NCBI GenBank assembly: GCA_047639395.1
Contig: JBLINR010000002.1
Location: 1-36,655, forward strand
DNA: 36,655 nt
Direction of reading: 5' to 3'
Origin: Candidatus Woesearchaeota archaeon
Lineage (GTDB): Archaea > Nanobdellota > Nanobdellia > Woesearchaeales > DATGWN01
Position numbers and translations under genes: made by a program. Below the pieces are notes generated by a model that saw only the letters and a list, made by a program, of their open reading frames with translations, was not told the origin of the DNA and searched no databases. Below are positions 31,698-36,655 of the stretch, one piece after another. The number at the start of each line of letters is the position of its first letter. The stretch's first letter is position 1.

Positions 31698-32572
31698 AGA
31701 AACACATTAATCTAAGAGATGTACTTTTTGTTGCTTTATTATTATTTGTCTTTGTCTATTTTGTCTTTGGTTTATCTGAAGATTCCTCTGGGTTACTGAT
31801 GAATTCCGCCTTGCAGATTGTTAATAATGATCCTGGAAAAGACTTAATGTTTAGTGGTGCGCTTGTAGAACGTGCACCTACAGCTGCTGAATTAGAAATT
31901 CTTAATTCGTATGTTGCAAAAGTACTGGTTATAATTCCATTACTGTTTGTCACATTTATACTTTCATTTGTTATATTTAATTCACTAATCTGGAATTGGT
32001 TAGTCTATAGAAAAATTAGAGTAACGAGAATACTTCGTCAAATTATTATGGTTATACCGTGGTTTATTCTTGTAGCAATCATGGGTATGATTATCATTGG
32101 ACTCCTGGGATTCTCATATACGCTATACAGTGTTCTAGCTTGGATTTCGACACTCATCATATTTATACTTTTAACTTTAATTACTTATTTTTTGATGGTT
32201 GTTACTATTATTCTTTATAGACAATTGACAATTACAACGATACCTTGGACTAAACCTAAAGCTCAAAAGAATACGTCCTTTTGGAAACGGTGTGTTCATA
32301 TTCTGAAAGTGTACTGGTCTTGGCTTGGTCATGCAACAAGAGAAACATTAACCTCTGTATCACAAACGTGGGAACTTGCAATTATGGGTGCTCCGAGATA
32401 TGTAAAAGGATTCTGTGTAGGAATCGCAATAAACATCGTGGTATTCTGGCCAGTATTCTATCTACTATTCAAGAATGGTTTTTACTTTGCAGAAACAGTG
32501 GTATTGGTATTAGAGATCATTACTATTGCTTGGTTTATTACATATGTAGATAAAAAGTGTAAAAATAAATAA
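31694..32572 (+). CDS. Polytopic membrane protein, 292 aa, last gene of the secreted-protein operon
   Basis: At least 6 hydrophobic segments. There is an ATGA start/stop overlap at 31694-31697. Confidence 0.65.
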   Translation: MKKHINLRDVLFVALLLFVFVYFVFGLSEDSSGLLMNSALQIVNNDPGKDLMFSGALVERAPTAAELEILNSYVAKVLVIIPLLFVTFILSFVIFNSLIWNWLVYRKIRVTRILRQIIMVIPWFILVAIMGMIIIGLLGFSYTLYSVLAWISTLIIFILLTLITYFLMVVTIILYRQLTITTIPWTKPKAQKNTSFWKRCVHILKVYWSWLGHATRETLTSVSQTWELAIMGAPRYVKGFCVGIAINIVVFWPVFYLLFKNGFYFAETVVLVLEIITIAWFITYVDKKCKNK

Positions 32573-32575
32573 AAA

Positions 32576-32923
32576 TTATTTACGAAAGTCGTCTAACACA
32601 TCGTTAATTTTCTTAAGATTATCTTTATTAACAGTAACACCGTATCCTGAAAGAACAACTTTGATGTCTTCTTCGTTTACTGGCATAATATCAATAAGTT
32701 TATTGACATATTCTTCTTTCATTCGAGGAACTTCCATACTAGTGATTTTTTCCTTAATTTCAGAAGCAGCTTTTTGTGTTAATTTAGCAAATTGATTGAT
32801 ATATTCTTCACATCGTTGACTTCGTAAGCCTAATTCTTCATCTCGCTTCTTAATAGATGCGATTTCTTTCTTAACTTCAACTACGTTAAGTGAAGTTTCA
32901 CTTAGAATTATAGGATTACTCAT
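32576..32923 (-). CDS. rpoF: DNA-directed RNA polymerase subunit Rpo4 (RpoF)
   Basis: 115 aa. ...RSQRCEEYINQFAKLTQKAASEIKEKI...KLIDIMPVNEEDIKVVL... parallels archaeal RpoF. It shows the conserved rpl21e-rpoF linkage, with an ATGA overlap at 32920-32923. Confidence 0.75.
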   Translation of the reverse strand: MSNPIILSETSLNVVEVKKEIASIKKRDEELGLRSQRCEEYINQFAKLTQKAASEIKEKITSMEVPRMKEEYVNKLIDIMPVNEEDIKVVLSGYGVTVNKDNLKKINDVLDDFRK

Positions 32924-33210
32924 TGTTTCACCAGATGTGCTGGATGTGTTAAAACAATTTTCTTTTTATTTTGATCGTTAATAGCCACTTTGTAACAGCT
33001 TCCTTGTTTTCCAGTAATAATTCCGCTTAGAGAGTGGAATCGTCGAAAGTATAATGCTTTGTGGATACTTGGTTGCGCTTTTAATAATACGCGTTCTCCA
33101 GTTTCAAATGACTGTAAATAGCGTCGAATGGATATTTTCCCCTTTTCTCGGATGCTTACTTGGAACTTATGTCGTGTTTTTCGACGAGCTCCGCCTGTTC
33201 TTGTTGCCAT
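32920..33210 (-). CDS. rpl21e: Ribosomal protein eL21
   Basis: GGARRKTRHKFQVSIREKGKISIRRYLQSFETGERVLLKAQPSIHKALYFRRFHSLSGIITGKQGSCYKV matches archaeal L21e. Confidence 0.9.
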   Translation of the reverse strand: MATRTGGARRKTRHKFQVSIREKGKISIRRYLQSFETGERVLLKAQPSIHKALYFRRFHSLSGIITGKQGSCYKVAINDQNKKKIVLTHPAHLVKQ

Positions 33211-33232
33211 AGGTGATAGGAGAGCCCATCTC

Positions 33233-33240
33233 TTTATAAA
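33233..33240 (-). promoter_or_regulatory. TATA box (TTTATAAA) for rpl21e-rpoF
   Basis: It ends 22 nt upstream of ATG 33210. Confidence 0.5.
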
Positions 33241-33299
33241 TATGTTCTTCGTGGTTACTGTAAAATATTGCCTATTTCTCGACTAGTTGCATGATAAAC

Positions 33300-33307
33300 T
33301 TTATAAG
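33300..33307 (+). promoter_or_regulatory. TATA box (TTTATAAG) for the giant surface-protein gene
   Basis: It lies 44 nt upstream of GTG 33352. The predicted short leader contains GGGAGAGGGG (33336-33345). Confidence 0.4.
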
Positions 33308-33351
33308 TGAATAATCCGATATTAGTTATAATAGTGGGAGAGGGGCGTAAT

Positions 33352-36300
33352 GTGATTAACAATTTAGGTACTAAGAGCCAGTTTTATCTGCGCTCAGTAA
33401 TAATTGTACTATGTATTATCTTACTATCAGTATTCGCTGTAGCTCAGAACTTCTCCATTCTCAATGGTTCTAACAGTACTAATCTCACAAGTCTTACGCT
33501 AGCTAGCGTTTTGAATAACTCCAATAACAGTAATTCTTCAAGTATTATTTCCAATACAACAACTAGCGCGAATTCGACGAACAGTACGAATAAAACTATA
33601 AAGAAACAATCTCTCTTTGGGATTCAACAAGATTTTGGCACATTTGCTGACACGTTAAAAACAATTACTACATGTACAAATATCAGTTATTCAGGAACAT
33701 CTTACAGATTAGGAAACAATGTTTCAGGTGCTGACTCTTGTATTATTATTGGTGCAAGTAATATTACGTTTGACGGTGCAGGCTATCAGATAACATATGC
33801 TACTGGTGGTGGTAGCAATAACCAGGGTATTAATAATGCTGGGGGATATGATAATATTGTTATTGAGAATGTTAGTATCTTGGAAGGAACCACAGTTGAT
33901 TACAATAATTACGGGATTTTTTTTAGTAATGTTGTAGATTCTCGAATAAATAATGTTACGATTAGAACAAGATCCGGCGGTTCGCGTCAGATTTATTTAT
34001 ACGTAAACACGATGCGTGTTAATATAACTAATGCAACTCTCAGTAATACTGAAGGCAGTAGTGCTCCTTGTATTGAGATTGTTAGTAATAGTAATAGGAT
34101 TGATAAAGTGAATTGTGATGTATCAAGTACTAGTGGTTCTAAATTCGCTTTTGATATTGCTGGAGATTATAATAATATTTCAAATGTAAAAGTGGCCGGT
34201 TGTGGAGTAAACTGTCCTGCATTTTATGTGCGCGCAAGCTCACAATTTACACGTCTTGAGAATATTAATGCAACTTCAAGTGACGCTGCTACTCTTTGGA
34301 TAACTGGTGGTGATAATGTTACTGTGATAAATTCTATCATAAATACAACGGGAATTGGTGATTATGCATTGACTGTTGATTCAGGATCAACAGGATTACA
34401 AGTATATAATTCTACATTTAACGGTGATAGTGATCAACGTGCAGGGTATCTTTCTGGTTCTGCTCATGTATTCGATAATGTTCTTTTTCAAGGTGGAACA
34501 TTTGGGGCATTAAGAATTCTGTCAACTGGTAGCGATATGTTGTTTAGAAATGTCACAATAAAAGAAGGTACTACTGCAATATACACTGAAGGTTATAATA
34601 TCACTTTTGAAAATGCAACAATAAGCTCTGGCTCTACTTATGGGTTATACCAAGCTGCTGGTGCTAATATTACTTGGCGTGGTGGAACAATTGTTGGGTC
34701 GGCTGATGATATTTATGTTGCTGCAGGTTCGGGTGCAATCTCACTAACTAATGTTACATTAACAAATGATGATATCAGTATTGCAGGTGGAACTGCGCGA
34801 GTTATACAAAATTATTATTTAGACGTATTAGTAATGAATACCACAACTGTACAACAAGATGCGAATGTTACTATTTACAATACTTCTGGCAATCTATTAT
34901 TCTCTGGTCAAACTGATTCGAATGGACGTATTGTTGTACAGAATCTAACTCACAGAATAATAAACGCTACTTCAACGTATTATTCATCACCGTACCAAGT
35001 AAATACATCGCATTTAGGTTGGTTAGCTGGAAATACAATTAGTGTCAATTTAACTACAACTATGTTTAAAACGCTAAATGTTTCAAACACACTTACTAGT
35101 TGTGGAACTTTAGATAGAGAAAATGGTCAATATTCCCTTGGAAGTAATGTTTCCGCTACCGGAACATGTTTTACTATTGCTGCAAATGGTGTGAGTTTGA
35201 ACGGTGCAGGATATCAGATAACATATGCTACTGGAGGGACAGGTTATGGTTTAGATAACAGTGGTGGATATGATAATATTGTTATTGAGAATGTTAGTAT
35301 CTTGGAAGGAACCGCGGGTGGTAGTAACACTCACGGGATTTTGTTAACAAATACTGTCGATTCTCGAATTAACAATGTGACAGTACAAACGCGTTCTCAA
35401 TTTGCGAGGCAAATTTATCTTTATACAAACACGATGCGCGTCAATATAACTAATGCAACTCTCAGTAATACTGAAGGAAGAACATCGCATTGTGTTGAAA
35501 TTGATAGTGATAGCAACAGAATTGATAAAGTACGTTGTGATGCGACAGGTAGCTTTTCTCATTACGGTTTTGATATTGCTGGAGATTATAATAATATTTC
35601 GAATGTAAAAGTGTATGCTTGTGGAGCAAACTGTCCTGCATTTTATGTGAACTCAGGCTCACAATTTACACGTCTTGAGAATATTAATGCAACTTCAAGT
35701 GACAACCATGCTCTTCTTTTAGTTAATGGTGATAATGTTACTGTCATAAATTCTATCATAAATACAACGGGAATTAATGATTATGCATTGAGTGTTGATG
35801 TGTCATCAACAGGATTACAAGTTTATAATACAACTTTTGACGGTCAAAATAATCAAGTTTCAGCTTACTTAAGCGGTTCGAACCATCTATTTGACAATGT
35901 TATTTTTAATGGTGGTAGTTTGGGTGCTTTACGAATTATATCTACAGGTAGCGATATGACTTTTCGAAATGTAACTGTTAGAGATGGTACGACTGCAATT
36001 AATTCTGAAGGTGATAATCTCATTTTCGAAAATGTCACTGTTAATTCTGGCTCATCTTATGGATTATACCACACAAGTGGCGCTAATATTACTTGGCGTG
36101 GAGGGACAATTGTTGGGTCGACTGATGATATTTATGTTGCTGCAGGTTCGGGTGCAATCTCACTAACTAATGTTACATTAACAAATGATGATATCACTAT
36201 TGCAGGTGGAACTGCGCGAGTTATACAAAATTATTATTTAGACGTATTAGTGATGAATACCACAACTGCACAACAAGATGCGAATGTAACAATCTACAAT

Positions 36301-36655
36301 AGTAGTGGTGATTTGATTTATGCGGGTCAAACTGATTCTAATGGAAGAATTCCTATTCAAAACCTAACGCGTAGAGTTATAACGGCGTCCAAAATTCGAA
36401 ATGCGACGCCTTACCAAGTAAATACTACTCACCTACAATGGTTACTTAGTGATAATATTTCTGTGAATATGAGCACAAATCAGTTTAAGACGCTAAATAT
36501 CTCAAACACACTTACTAGTTGTCAAACATTAGATAGAGAAAATGGTCAATATTCCCTTGGAAGTAATGTTTCCGCTACCGGAACATGTTTTACTATTGCT
36601 GCAAATGGTGTGAGTTTGAACGGTGCAGGATATCAGATAACATATGCTACTGGAG
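33352..36655 (+). CDS. Giant secreted/surface protein (partial, more than 1101 codons) with parallel beta-helix-like repeats and dense N-glycosylation sequons; runs off the window
   Basis: Hand translation found no in-frame stop from 33352 to 36655. It is absent from the ORF track, presumably because no stop lies in the window. The GTG start has an SD 6 nt upstream; an alternative in-frame GTG is at 33334. The signal-like N-terminus is MINNLGTKSQFYLRSVIIVLCIILLSVFAVAQN. Then come NGSNSTNLTS...NNSNNSNSS and repeated NVTI/NITF/NATL strands typical of right-handed beta-helix (PbH1/NosD-like) proteins. Confidence 0.8.
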   Translation, partial: MINNLGTKSQFYLRSVIIVLCIILLSVFAVAQNFSILNGSNSTNLTSLTLASVLNNSNNSNSSSIISNTTTSANSTNSTNKTIKKQSLFGIQQDFGTFADTLKTITTCTNISYSGTSYRLGNNVSGADSCIIIGASNITFDGAGYQITYATGGGSNNQGINNAGGYDNIVIENVSILEGTTVDYNNYGIFFSNVVDSRINNVTIRTRSGGSRQIYLYVNTMRVNITNATLSNTEGSSAPCIEIVSNSNRIDKVNCDVSSTSGSKFAFDIAGDYNNISNVKVAGCGVNCPAFYVRASSQFTRLENINATSSDAATLWITGGDNVTVINSIINTTGIGDYALTVDSGSTGLQVYNSTFNGDSDQRAGYLSGSAHVFDNVLFQGGTFGALRILSTGSDMLFRNVTIKEGTTAIYTEGYNITFENATISSGSTYGLYQAAGANITWRGGTIVGSADDIYVAAGSGAISLTNVTLTNDDISIAGGTARVIQNYYLDVLVMNTTTVQQDANVTIYNTSGNLLFSGQTDSNGRIVVQNLTHRIINATSTYYSSPYQVNTSHLGWLAGNTISVNLTTTMFKTLNVSNTLTSCGTLDRENGQYSLGSNVSATGTCFTIAANGVSLNGAGYQITYATGGTGYGLDNSGGYDNIVIENVSILEGTAGGSNTHGILLTNTVDSRINNVTVQTRSQFARQIYLYTNTMRVNITNATLSNTEGRTSHCVEIDSDSNRIDKVRCDATGSFSHYGFDIAGDYNNISNVKVYACGANCPAFYVNSGSQFTRLENINATSSDNHALLLVNGDNVTVINSIINTTGINDYALSVDVSSTGLQVYNTTFDGQNNQVSAYLSGSNHLFDNVIFNGGSLGALRIISTGSDMTFRNVTVRDGTTAINSEGDNLIFENVTVNSGSSYGLYHTSGANITWRGGTIVGSTDDIYVAAGSGAISLTNVTLTNDDITIAGGTARVIQNYYLDVLVMNTTTAQQDANVTIYNSSGDLIYAGQTDSNGRIPIQNLTRRVITASKIRNATPYQVNTTHLQWLLSDNISVNMSTNQFKTLNISNTLTSCQTLDRENGQYSLGSNVSATGTCFTIAANGVSLNGAGYQITYATG
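33643..36655 (+). repeat. In-frame tandem repeat of about 1.42 kb (474 aa, 473 aa, then a truncated third unit)
   Basis: Units start at 33643, 35065 and 36484 (F-x-x-L...C...GAGYQITYATGG). The anchor ggtgcaggNtatcagataacatatgctactgg recurs at 33775, 35203 and 36622 (spacing 1428 and 1419 nt). Confidence 0.9.

Noticed and set aside
35344-36166. ORF-track entries 35344..35562(-), 35462..35662(-) and 35984..36166(+)
   Set aside because: They lie inside the long open frame of the giant surface-protein gene, which is missed by the track only because it has no stop in the window.
33643-36655. Large direct repeats considered as a CRISPR array, IS copies or a duplicated gene
   Set aside because: The period is about 1.42 kb, in-frame and continuously coding within one ORF. 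There are no short repeat-spacer units and no transposase or terminal inverted repeats.

Overview
This is a low-GC archaeal chromosomal window. Markers are the archaeal ribosomal proteins eS19, eL39, eL31 and eL21, Rpo4/RpoF, archaeal-type DnaG, a RIO kinase, a Dim2-like KH protein and an RPA-like OB-fold protein. A bacterial-type GyrA and ScpB are also present. The gene set and very tight packing resemble a small-genome (DPANN-like) archaeon, but that is inference; no database search or GC calculation was possible. I found no rRNA, tRNA or CRISPR array.

Main points:
1. A tightly coupled minus-strand four-gene operon (19507-22975) encodes a ubiquitin-like conjugation set. It comprises a Ubl precursor ending in GG-RK, an E2-like protein with a UBC-type HxxVxSNGSIC active site, an E1 with an apparent inactive-plus-active adenylation domain tandem, and a JAMM/MPN+ isopeptidase. 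This is the most interesting candidate system in the window.
2. Diverging from it is a translationally coupled operon (23125-32572) of three very large secreted proteins plus a polytopic membrane protein. The first protein has a type IV pilin-like (class III) signal peptide.
3. A GTG-initiated, open-ended surface-protein gene of more than 1100 codons (33352 to window end) is absent from the ORF track. It is built from tandem repeats of about 1.42 kb with mosaic near-identity.
4. gyrA carries a 403-aa LAGLIDADG intein immediately after the catalytic tyrosine.
5. Several genes below the 60-aa cutoff were recovered by hand translation: eL39, a zinc ribbon, an RHH protein and a small membrane protein.
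6. An 8-bp TATA box ends 22-23 nt upstream of many ATGs, implying leaderless mRNAs. This spacing helps correct several ORF-track start codons. One strong copy of this promoter has no ORF behind it.
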